Assembly (NCBI GenBank): GCA_964554825.1
Contig: CAZKQC010000001.1
Span: 1-30,541 of the forward strand
Direction of reading: 5' to 3'
Origin: an uncultured Planctomycetales bacterium
Lineage (GTDB): Bacteria; Omnitrophota; Gorgyraeia; Gygaellales; Profunditerraquicolaceae
DNA: 30,541 nt
Positions 1 to 9,400 of this stretch are shown piece by piece. The first letter of the stretch is position 1. Every line of letters starts with the position of its first letter. Made by a program: the position numbers and the translations under genes. Under the pieces are notes generated by a model, which saw nothing but the letters and a program-made list of their open reading frames with translations, was not told the origin of the DNA and ran no database searches.

Positions 1-704
1 AGATTAAGAGATTGTCGATAGTTATCCCTATCTATAACGAAGTAGAGTTTGTCCTGGACACTATACGAGATATAGTAAAGGTAGCCTCCGCAATGATCGA
101 AGACCTTGAGGTTATTGCGGTAGATGATAATAGTTCAGATACCACTGCGGCTATCCTGCGTAACTTGGCCGCGCAAGAGAAACGATTGCGGGTGGTCAAC
201 AACCGCAGAAAGAGAGGGTTGGGTAATGCCCTGCGTACCGGATTTTGCCATGCCGCCAAAGAAGCAATCCTCTATACCGATGCCGATATGCCCTGTGACC
301 TCGGAGAGTTAAGAAAGGCAATTACCTTAATGGAAGAAGAGGACGCAGATATAGTTTCTGCCTACCGCCTGAATAATAAGCAGGGCGGGCTCAAGCGCTA
401 TCTCTATTCCAGGGTATTCAACTTCTTTATGCGTACCTTGTTTCATCTGGGCGTCAGGGATATCAATTTTTCTTTTAAGCTTTTTAGAAAAAACCGGCTG
501 GACGCCTTACGGCTAGAATCACAGGGCTCTTTTATTAATGCCGAATTATTCGCCAAGGCTGTTAAGGCGCAGTATAAGATTGTTCAGTTTCCGGCGTTCT
601 TTCTGCTTCGACAGAGGGGTAAATCTAAGCTGGATAATATCGGTAATATCGCGACGATTATCTGCGAGTCGGTTCTTTTTCTGTGCAAACAGTGGCATTC
701 CTGA
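1..704 (+). CDS. GT2 glycosyltransferase, polyprenol-phosphate glycosyltransferase (DPM1/ArnC-like); probably 5'-truncated by the window edge
   Basis: SIVIPIYNE, VDDNSSDTT, GLGNALRTG, DAD (YTDADM), ADIVSAYR and DINFSFKLFR are typical DPM-like GT2 motifs. The frame is open to the window edge (att aag aga ttg = IKRL before SIVIP), so the true start probably lies upstream of the TTG at 12. Confidence 0.9.
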   Translation, partial: IKRLSIVIPIYNEVEFVLDTIRDIVKVASAMIEDLEVIAVDDNSSDTTAAILRNLAAQEKRLRVVNNRRKRGLGNALRTGFCHAAKEAILYTDADMPCDLGELRKAITLMEEEDADIVSAYRLNNKQGGLKRYLYSRVFNFFMRTLFHLGVRDINFSFKLFRKNRLDALRLESQGSFINAELFAKAVKAQYKIVQFPAFFLLRQRGKSKLDNIGNIATIICESVLFLCKQWHS

Positions 705-721
705 CCAGGGACTGTTAATCG

Positions 722-1381
722 ATGAGAGAATTGAGAGGGGGCAGTTTCCGTGAATTTTATGCTGCGCTTCCCTGGCGCTACAAGCTTTATGTTAACCTGC
801 GTTTAAGCAGCTGTCCTTTTGAAAAGATCGAAAAGGCGGTGCCTGCTGCAGGTAGGATCCTTGATCTTGGCTGCGGAGTGGGATTATTCTCATTTTTCCT
901 AACTTCAGGCTCTAAGCAGCGGGATATCCTGGGAGTTGATTGCAGGAGAGAACGTATCCTTCTGGCCCGCAAGATTAATGCCGAGAGAGGCTCTGCGGGG
1001 ATTGATTTTAGGCATGCCGATATTGTTTCCTGGGAGTACGGCAGCGATTATGACTGCATACTCTTAAGCGATGTCCTCTATCAGCTTCCGCTGGCGGACA
1101 AAAAGAAGGTTTTAAAGAAGAGTTTTTCTGCTTTGAGCAGCACAGGGGTGTTGGTGGTTAAAGAGGTTGAGCTCGGGCCCTCCCTGAAGATGCTCTGGTG
1201 TTATCTGCAGGAATGTTTTATGGCGCGCATAGCTGGTTTAAATACCAGGCGGGTAGAGGCTATGAGTGCCAACGGCCTCTGTGCAATTATCCGCGAGGCC
1301 GGGTTTCGGGTCAGAAGCGAGAAGATAGACCAAGGCTATGCCTACCCTCATATTCTCTGCGTAGGTAGAAAAGATGGGTAA
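722..1381 (+). CDS. Class I SAM-dependent methyltransferase
   Basis: Motif I ILDLGCGVG, acidic residue after strand 2 (LGVD), YDCILLSDVLY and GVLVVKE. Confidence 0.9.
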   Translation: MRELRGGSFREFYAALPWRYKLYVNLRLSSCPFEKIEKAVPAAGRILDLGCGVGLFSFFLTSGSKQRDILGVDCRRERILLARKINAERGSAGIDFRHADIVSWEYGSDYDCILLSDVLYQLPLADKKKVLKKSFSALSSTGVLVVKEVELGPSLKMLWCYLQECFMARIAGLNTRRVEAMSANGLCAIIREAGFRVRSEKIDQGYAYPHILCVGRKDG

Positions 1382-2771
1382 ACAGTTAAAGGTCCTCCTT
1401 GTTAATCCTCCTTCAGAGCAGCCCTGTATAAGGGATTACTACTGCAGTTTCTCGTCACAAGCTAGTTACTACTGGCCCCCTCAGGACCTGGTGCTTTTAA
1501 GCGGCACCCTGAAAGATATTACGCAGGTTGAGTATTTAGATCTGCAGGGGCAGCGGCTGGGCGCGAAAGAGGGACTGGAACGCATCGCCAGGAACGCTTA
1601 TGACGCCGTAGTGTTTACCAGCGGTTCGCTTAGCCTGGAGACAGACCTTTTGTTTATAAAGATGGTAAAGGAGCGCTTGCCGCAGGCTAAGACTATTGTC
1701 AGCGCCGCGCCTTTTATCTTTATCGGAGAACAGGTTATCCGGCAATCGCCTTTCTTAGATGGCATACTGCTCGATTTTACCAACGCAGACCTGCTTTATT
1801 TTCTGAGTAGAGAGTATGATTGTATAAAAAATATGTTCTACCGCCGCGAAGACGGCGGAATAATCTTAGAAAACAGGCCTTTAGCTGATAGTTTCTCTCT
1901 ACCTGCCCCATATCATGGGCTTTTCCTTTCCGGTTTACACCGGATGCCTCCTTTTGTTTTTGGCCATAAGCCATTTCTGACTACCATTGCCTCCACCGGA
2001 TGTCCTTTTAAGTGCACCTTTTGTGTTGCCGGACGGGTTAAATACAGATACAGGGAATTAGACAATCTTATTGCTGAGCTTAGAGAGATGCACTCAAGGC
2101 TAGGAGTAAGGAATGTGTTCTTTGCCGACTGCCATTTTCTTGCTAACCCCATCCGTAGTTCGGCTATCTGCTCAGAGCTTATCTCTAATTTTTCCGGAAC
2201 CCTGAGCTGGATCTGTAATAGCCGTATCGAGCCACTCCTTGATGAAAAGATGGTGATCTCGCTCAGCAAGGCAGGATGCAAGATGGTTATGATAGGTGCG
2301 GAGAGCGCTTCTTCCGAGATGCTTGACCGCTACGCCAAGGGTCTCTCGGCGCAGGACGTAGAGAAGGCAGTCCGTTACTGCCGCAGGCAGGGGATTTATA
2401 CCCTTCTTTATTTTATCCTCGGCCTGCCTGGTGAAGATGAGATTTCCCTGCGGCGCACCAGAGAATTCATTGACCGGACTGCCTGCGATTTTATATCGCT
2501 TAGTTTTGCCATGCCGGATTTTGGTACTGCGCTCAGAGATGTTGCAATCGATGCCGGGTTGTGTGATAACGAGCTTGGGGGCTGGGACCACACACGCAGT
2601 CCCTACCTTAAAAGCACGTACTCCCCTGATGAGCTTATCGGGATCAGGAAGAGTATTTACCGCAGATTTTATTTTAAGCCCCGCAGGCTGCTAGAGAGGG
2701 CAAAGGATATAAGATCGTTAAGATTTGTTGACCTGGAAGAGGGGGTGAGATTATTAAAAAGCTGGTGGTGA
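1374..2771 (+). CDS. Cobalamin-binding-domain radical SAM protein (COG1032-like, class B type) #1
   Basis: N-terminal LLVNPP...WPPQDL, then STGCPFKCTFC (CxxxCxxC), FFADCHF, WICNSR, GAESAS, FILGLPGED and PDFGT. Overlaps the upstream gene by 8 nt. Confidence 0.85.
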   Translation: MGKQLKVLLVNPPSEQPCIRDYYCSFSSQASYYWPPQDLVLLSGTLKDITQVEYLDLQGQRLGAKEGLERIARNAYDAVVFTSGSLSLETDLLFIKMVKERLPQAKTIVSAAPFIFIGEQVIRQSPFLDGILLDFTNADLLYFLSREYDCIKNMFYRREDGGIILENRPLADSFSLPAPYHGLFLSGLHRMPPFVFGHKPFLTTIASTGCPFKCTFCVAGRVKYRYRELDNLIAELREMHSRLGVRNVFFADCHFLANPIRSSAICSELISNFSGTLSWICNSRIEPLLDEKMVISLSKAGCKMVMIGAESASSEMLDRYAKGLSAQDVEKAVRYCRRQGIYTLLYFILGLPGEDEISLRRTREFIDRTACDFISLSFAMPDFGTALRDVAIDAGLCDNELGGWDHTRSPYLKSTYSPDELIGIRKSIYRRFYFKPRRLLERAKDIRSLRFVDLEEGVRLLKSWW

Positions 2772-3610
2772 ATGCGGATGACTTTGGCCTTGCCTCCGGG
2801 ATGAACCGGGGGATCATGGAATCGGTCGGGGGCGGATATGTCTCGAGCGTTTCTCTGTGTGTCAATGGCAGGGCTTTTGAAGAAGCGCTGGCCTTGATAA
2901 GGAAGAATCCCCGTCTTGATATCGGACTGCATATTGTCCTGGTTGGGGAGAGGCCGGTGAGCGAGCCCGAGCTTATAAAAAGCCTGGTAGATAGAGGAGG
3001 GAATTTCCATAAAGATGCCTTTATTTTTCTTGGGCGTTACCTTCTACGCAGGATTAATGCGCAGGAGATCGAAAGCGAAATCTGCGCCCAGTTTCAGAAA
3101 GCCAGGGAGGCGGGCCTTAATATTTCCCATGTGGATAGTCACCAGCACCTGCATATGCTGCCGGGGATTTTAGATATTATCATCAGGATGTGTAAGCGTT
3201 ATCGCGTCTCTTTTATCCGCACACCCCGTTGTCCTGTGGTCAGGCATTGGCGTTTTGCCAGAAAGAAAAAGATATTTGCTCAGCTGGGGCTGAATATATT
3301 AGCAGCGCTGGCCAGAAACAAGATTAATGCCTCTGGGTTACGCACCGTCGATGTTACCAGCGGGACGCTATACTCCGGCGCGCTGAATGAAGAGCGTTTT
3401 TCAGCTTTCGTCTCTTCACTGGAAGACGGAATTGCAGAAATTATCTGCCACCCTGCTTTCGTAGATACCTTTGTTTCAGAGCGATACGGAGACTGGCACT
3501 ACGATTGGGAGGGTGAGCGCAGGTTTTTGGCTTCAGATAGGCCCGGGGTGTATATGAAGCGCCGTGAGGTTACCCTGACTGATTTCTCTAGCCTGGCCAA
3601 TGGATTTTAA
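2753..3610 (+). CDS. YdjC/ChbG/HpnK-family carbohydrate deacetylase (start ATT 2753, or GTG 2765 as in the ORF track)
   Basis: VNADDFG, IGLHIVL, HVDSHQHLH and EIICHP are the family metal-binding and catalytic motifs. The start codon is discussed under findings. Confidence 0.9.
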   Translation: MKKLVVNADDFGLASGMNRGIMESVGGGYVSSVSLCVNGRAFEEALALIRKNPRLDIGLHIVLVGERPVSEPELIKSLVDRGGNFHKDAFIFLGRYLLRRINAQEIESEICAQFQKAREAGLNISHVDSHQHLHMLPGILDIIIRMCKRYRVSFIRTPRCPVVRHWRFARKKKIFAQLGLNILAALARNKINASGLRTVDVTSGTLYSGALNEERFSAFVSSLEDGIAEIICHPAFVDTFVSERYGDWHYDWEGERRFLASDRPGVYMKRREVTLTDFSSLANGF

Positions 3611-3621
3611 GGGTGGTTACC

Positions 3622-5052
3622 ATGGTTGAGTCTAAAACTGGCTGCGTTAAGAGGGCGCTGTTAATTAATCCTCCGACAGGGTTATATGACCGCTATGAGC
3701 GTTGTCAGGCATTGACGGAATCAGAGTCTGTGAATATAATCCGGCCGCCCCTGGACCTTATGTATCTAGCTGCTATATGCAGGAGGCAGGGGGTGGAGGC
3801 GGTAATCCGCGACTACCCCGCCCAAAAGGCAGGATGGCAGGAGGTAGAACGGGATATCGCAGGCTTACGGCCGGATTTTTTACTGGCTAGTTTAACGCTG
3901 GCTACTTATAAAGATGATATGCGTGCTTTTGCGATAGCTAAGAAATTTAATCACCTGACTTTGACCGTAGCCAAGGGGATTCTTACCCGGACAGGCGAGG
4001 AGTTGTTTGCGCATTATCCCGGGATAGACCTTCTCCTGCGCCAGGAGCCGGAGCTGGCCTGGGAAGAGCTCTTGGCCGGAAAGCCCCTTGGTGAGATTCA
4101 GGGATTGACCTGGCGCAAGGGGGCTAGAGAGGTAGTTAATCCCCCGCGGCAAAGAGACGCAGATCTGGATTATCTGCCTTTTCCTGAACGGAACCTTACA
4201 AACAACTCTTTCTACAGGATGCCGGATAATGGCAGAAAAATGGGGCTGGTTTTGACGAGTAAGGGGTGTCCTTTTCCTTGTACCTTCTGTCTTGCCCCTC
4301 TGGCAGATGGCAGCAAGGTCAGGAAGCGCAGCCCTGTTTCCCTGGTCAATGAACTGGAAGAATATGTAAGGGAGTGCGGTATTCGTGATTTCTGGTTACG
4401 CGCCGATTGTTTTACGCTTGATAAAAGATGGGTTATGGAGATATGCCAGCGTATCATCGATGGGGAGCTTCCGATACGCTGGGCTACGAACGGCCGCGTA
4501 GATAATGTTGATGAAGAGATGTTGATTGCCATGAAGAAAGCAGGATGTTTTGCATTAGGGTTTGGTGTTGAGAGCGGAAGTACAGAGACCCTGCAGCGGA
4601 TCAAGAAGGGGATAACCAGAGAGCAGGCTAAGGCAGCGGTTAGGCTCTGCCGCAGGCTGGGGATTCAGACATACCTTTTCTTTATTATCGGATTTCCCTG
4701 GGAGCGCGAGTCGCATATTATGTCAACCCTTGATTTTGCTGAAGAGTTAAACGGAGACCTCTTTAATTTCTCCTTAGCTGTGCCTTTTCCCGGCACTCCT
4801 CTCTTTACCGAAGCAAAAGAGCTGGGGCTTCTGGGGGAGGAGGGCTCTTACGCAGATTTTAATTATTCCTCTGCCGCTATGGATACTCTTTATCTCAAAA
4901 GAGAACGATTGCTTGAGCTTGAGCGGATGGCTTATCGCCGCCTGATCCTTCGGCCTTCATATATCCTGCGTCAGGCAGGTAAGATTAAGTCTTGCCAGAT
5001 GCTTGGGGGTTATCTGAAGGCTGCCTGGCATATGTCCAAGATGTTATTCTAG
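3622..5052 (+). CDS. Cobalamin-binding-domain radical SAM protein (HpnJ/COG1032-like) #2
   Basis: LLINPPTG...RCQ, PPLDLMYLAA, TSKGCPFPCTFC, WATNGRVD, FGVESGS, FIIGFPWE and PFPGTPL. ATG 3622 is preferred over GTG 3613 on RBS spacing. Confidence 0.87.
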   Translation: MVESKTGCVKRALLINPPTGLYDRYERCQALTESESVNIIRPPLDLMYLAAICRRQGVEAVIRDYPAQKAGWQEVERDIAGLRPDFLLASLTLATYKDDMRAFAIAKKFNHLTLTVAKGILTRTGEELFAHYPGIDLLLRQEPELAWEELLAGKPLGEIQGLTWRKGAREVVNPPRQRDADLDYLPFPERNLTNNSFYRMPDNGRKMGLVLTSKGCPFPCTFCLAPLADGSKVRKRSPVSLVNELEEYVRECGIRDFWLRADCFTLDKRWVMEICQRIIDGELPIRWATNGRVDNVDEEMLIAMKKAGCFALGFGVESGSTETLQRIKKGITREQAKAAVRLCRRLGIQTYLFFIIGFPWERESHIMSTLDFAEELNGDLFNFSLAVPFPGTPLFTEAKELGLLGEEGSYADFNYSSAAMDTLYLKRERLLELERMAYRRLILRPSYILRQAGKIKSCQMLGGYLKAAWHMSKMLF

Positions 5053-5062
5053 GAGCATGTTT

Positions 5063-6418
5063 ATGGAGTCAGAGAAGATACTGTTGATTACGTCCTCACC
5101 TCACAGGCAAGGCGATTATATAAATCACCTCCCGCCTCTGGGGATTTTGTACCTGGCTGCGTACCTACAGCAGAACGGTTTTTTTGTTGATGTGGTTGAT
5201 GAAAACGTCAGTAGGCTGGATATAGCGGCGCTAGGTAACTATCGCCTTATTGGTTTTAGCATCAATGTCGCCAATATTGAAAACAGCATGAATTTGGTCT
5301 ATAGGATCCATAGCCTTTACCCCCACATACCCCTTGTTATCGGAGGGCCGCTTCCTACCACCCTGCCTGAGTTTTTCTTTGCCTGGCCGCTAGAGGCTAT
5401 CTTTATATCTGAAGCAGAAGAGAGCTTCCTGGGTTATCTTGCGGGAGGAGATTCTGCGCAGGAGCTCGGGTACTACTTTAAGAATCCTTCCACAGGTGCC
5501 TGGACTTTTAAAGGTCCTGCTCCTTATATTAAAGAGTTAGACCGCCTGCCTTTCCCTGCCCTAGAGAAAGTTACCCTGGAGCGTTATTACACGCCGGTAA
5601 AGAGGAAGGTTCCGGTATCCAGCCTTATATCATCACGTGGTTGTCCATTTACCTGTACTTTCTGTTCGAAGACTTTGGGAAATAAGCTCCGGGTCCGCTC
5701 AGCGGAAAATGTGGTGAAAGAAATAGAGTGGCAGACGAAGGTTCTGGGCGTAAGGGAGATTGCCATCTATGACGATAATTTTACCCTGGATGCCAAGCGG
5801 GCAGAGGAGATCTGCGATTTACTGATAGAAAAAGATATCAAGGTCAGCTTACAGCTTACCAACGGGGTGCGCGCTGATACCATGCGCCGGGAGCTTATCT
5901 TTAAGATGAAAAAGGCTGGGTTCTGGATGATTGCCTTTGCGCCGGAGAGCGGCAGCGAGGTAACCTTAAAGAGGTTGAAGAAGGGGTTAGAACTTAAACA
6001 GGTAGAAGATTGCGTGGCCTGGTGCAGGGAGGCTGGTATTAAGAGCTGGGTTTTCTTTATGGTGGGATTCCCCTGGGAAGATCATCGGATGCTTGGGCAG
6101 ACGATCAGGGTTGCCAAGAGGATACGCTCAGAAATTACGCATTTCTCTAATTTCACCTGCTTGCCGGGTAGTGAATTATACCAAGAGGCATGCGGGAGGG
6201 CAGATGGGTGGAGGGCTCAGGACGTAAATCTCTTCAGTAATAGGGGCAGGCTAGGCTCTTCTCGTGAAAGGTTACCGGATAAAAGAATAACAGCCAAAGG
6301 TTATGCTGCCGTGTATCTGGCAGACCCCTTAAGGATGATTAATCTTTTTTCCGTATTATCGCTTAAGGACCTTTTTGCCGTTATCTGGTACGCAGCCAGG
6401 AGCAGGAACATTTTTTAA
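5063..6418 (+). CDS. Cobalamin-binding-domain radical SAM protein #3
   Basis: PPLGILYLAAYL, IGFS, VIGGP, SSRGCPFTCTFC, IYDDNFT, NGVRAD, PESGS and FMVGFPWE. AGGAG at 5051-5055 fits ATG 5063 better than ATG 5057. Confidence 0.88.
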   Translation: MESEKILLITSSPHRQGDYINHLPPLGILYLAAYLQQNGFFVDVVDENVSRLDIAALGNYRLIGFSINVANIENSMNLVYRIHSLYPHIPLVIGGPLPTTLPEFFFAWPLEAIFISEAEESFLGYLAGGDSAQELGYYFKNPSTGAWTFKGPAPYIKELDRLPFPALEKVTLERYYTPVKRKVPVSSLISSRGCPFTCTFCSKTLGNKLRVRSAENVVKEIEWQTKVLGVREIAIYDDNFTLDAKRAEEICDLLIEKDIKVSLQLTNGVRADTMRRELIFKMKKAGFWMIAFAPESGSEVTLKRLKKGLELKQVEDCVAWCREAGIKSWVFFMVGFPWEDHRMLGQTIRVAKRIRSEITHFSNFTCLPGSELYQEACGRADGWRAQDVNLFSNRGRLGSSRERLPDKRITAKGYAAVYLADPLRMINLFSVLSLKDLFAVIWYAARSRNIF

Positions 6419-6438
6419 AAAGCGGTTTTTAAATTAAC

Positions 6439-9400
6439 ATGCAGACAAATATCAAGAAAAAGACAGACGTAATCTTTATACTTTTTTTGGCCTTTTGCGG
6501 TTTATATATTGTGCACAATATCGTCTTTCTGCGGCTGGATAATTACTTTAATTTTCTGGAGCAATCTCTTACCTCTTCCGTACGAAAGTATTATTCCATA
6601 TACGACTTCCCTAGCCAGCTTACTAATATCAAAAATTTACAACAAACCTTCGGGTCGCGCGCCCCTGACAGGGCAATTTACGATGTGTTTACCTGGCCGT
6701 TCTTTTATTTGTTTGGCGTATCCATAGATACAGCCGTGTACCACAATTTTATTTTTCTTATTATACTTATCTTCTTCACATATAAGATAGGCACCATGAT
6801 CAAAGACAGGTATGTAGGGATGCTGGCTGTCTTCTGTCTGCTGATGTATCCTGGCACGTTCGGGTACCTGCGCATTTATTTTACGTCTATTGCTACCGTG
6901 GCCTTTGTGAGTTTAGGGGTATATGCCCTTCTCTCATCGGATTACTTTAAGAAGACTAAAAAAGTCCTTCTCTGGGTTTTTTCCTGTATTATATTGCTTA
7001 AACTTAAATCCGAGAAGCCGGTTGTGTTTCTTTTTGTTCCTACCCTGATTTATCTCTACCAATCCTTCGTTCTTAACAGAAAAGATCCCGTGCATATAAG
7101 AGCCTACTACCGCAATATGCTCATCTCCTTTATGGTTTTTCTGGCATTCCTTTTATTGCTTTTTGACACCAGCGCCATGGCATTACGGTTTAATTATTAC
7201 CTAAACGAAGTCAGCGGGATATCCCATACTATGAGGGTTAGCCAGGATAAGATCGGCGTAAATATCCTGCTCATCTATCTTAAAGAATTGTTTAATAACC
7301 AGCTGGCTAACCTGGGTTTTTTCCTCTTTGCAGTAGCCCTTCCATTTTTTCTACAGTCTAAGACAAGGCATAAGGCCATTATCATCTCCTGGTTTTTGTT
7401 CCCCTACGTATTCCATTCAGTGTATTACTATGTCTGTGGGATACGCGCGACGTACTATACGATATGCTATCTGCCTGCCATTGCGCTGATGACATCCTGC
7501 GGTATATATAAAATTTTACCCGTTGTCCGGCGCAGCCTCAGGGTTATCTTCCTGGCAGTATGCGTGGCGTTGTTTTTGATGAATTATATGTATATGAGTC
7601 ACTTGAATAAACAGTTTTCCTTGGTTTGGGGCACTGCGTATACGCCTTTAATGGGAAAGATCGCCCTTACCAGGGTAAGCCCGAACAAAGGGATCCTTGA
7701 AGAGACGCAGAGGATTATCGATATCCTTGTTGAGGCGAAGGATTCAGCCGGGGTTGTCTTTGTAAACCACTATCCCACGCTGCACACTGTTTACAGCAGG
7801 ATTAGGTTAAAGAACGCTATCAAACGAAACAAGATTTTAGCCTATGACTTCTCCATTAAATTATTTAACATTGAGCCAGCTGATTCCGAGGGATACGTCA
7901 GGGACAAATTAACCCAGGCCGATCTCGTTATTAACGGAAATCGTTTTTACCCTGTGGAATCCAGCCCTGCGCTTAAAGAGTATAAACAATTTGGTACCTG
8001 GTATGACTTCAGCAGCTATATGCAAAGAGAAGAGAGGGCATACAACGCCGTTAAAAATAACCTTGTAGAGTTAAAAACAATCAAGACCAAGAATTATGAC
8101 GCCACCGTGTATCTCAGTAAGGGCGCAAGAGAGCTTTTGGAGAAAAAAGTTTCCCACCCGGTTAATTTTGACAGGATAAAAAATGAGCTTGATTTGCTAA
8201 GAGAATTACAAGACCTCCGCTATGTAGAGGAAGGCCCCCTGCGGTTATTCTTTGCCCAGGGGTGCGCCAGGATATTCTGGAAAGACCAAGAGTTAACTGG
8301 GAAAAAAGGGCTTGGGACCTCCTTTTCTGCTGGCGGTATCGGTTATAGCGGAGCAGATTTCTCCTGGGAAATTGAGAAAACATCTCCTCGAGAGATAATC
8401 GCCACTGGGTACTCTCCTGTTTTGGCTTTAAAGCAGGTGTGGAAATTTACTATAAACGAAGGGCGGCTGAGTTGGCAGATTGCATTGGAGGCAGGTAAGA
8501 TTATTAATATATATGATTTCGATGTTAATTGTCCCTTGAGGCGCGGGTATCGTAAACAGGTAGGGATGTATGGTAAAAGGGACGCCCCTTTTTTAGCTCC
8601 TCCAAGAAACAGCTTGGGTAATCTTGATCAAGAACACGCTGTTTTTCCCTGGGTTTTTCTGGATCTTGGGGATAAGGGGGTCCTAAACAGATCCTCAGCG
8701 CGCATAACAAAGGGTTTCTTCAGGGAATCCGTTTCTCTGGTGGGGTTCGGTCCCCGCCGCCTATCGCTTGCTCCAGGCAGATACGAATTTTTTCCCGGCA
8801 TCCTCTCCTTTTTTGACACAGAAGACGGATTGGCTGAATACCTACGCAAGACACAGGCTTCTCAGGAGATAAGTAAGGGCAAAGTGAGATTGTTTTTCGA
8901 TGGGGGAAGGGTAAAAATATTTTCGAGAGAGAAGGAGCTAACAGCCAAAGAAGGAGTTTTTCTCATGATCCTTTCTGCTGGCAGATGGTATTTTTCTTCA
9001 CTAGATGCCCTATGGACCGTTAAAAAAGAAACTCCTCAAAGGTTTATTCTTGAAGGCACCTGGAAAGAGCTGGCTATTTCCAGCCTCTGGGAATTCCAGG
9101 TAGAAGAGGGAGGAGTTGTTCACTACCGCCTCGATCTTAAGGCGCAGAAGGAGCTTAACCCGGAGCATGTTTTGTTTGTCGTTATGCTGCCAGATAGGTA
9201 TGGCTCTTACCTTATTCCTTCTAAAAAGGAGATAAAGAGATTCCCCTGGTTCCATCCTGATACTGAAGGATGGGATACCATTTGGGATGCGAATACTAAG
9301 CGTATTTCCAGGATAGGAGTTATGGATAGCAGAAGTAAGGAAAATGTCATTCTCGATTGCAACTTGTCTTTGGATGACTCCAACTCCGTAATCTCGAATA

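Noticed and set aside
1374-6418. Calling the locus hopanoid biosynthesis (hpnJ/hpnK)
   Set aside because: The family resemblance is real, but no squalene-hopene cyclase, hpnG/hpnH or other hpn genes are in the window, and the GT2 looks DPM-like, not HpnI-like. Symbols withheld.
6439-7620. Apparently more AT/T-rich stretch as evidence of separate horizontal acquisition
   Set aside because: Judged only by eye, and explainable by Phe/Ile/Leu/Tyr codons of transmembrane segments. It would need a computed GC/codon profile.
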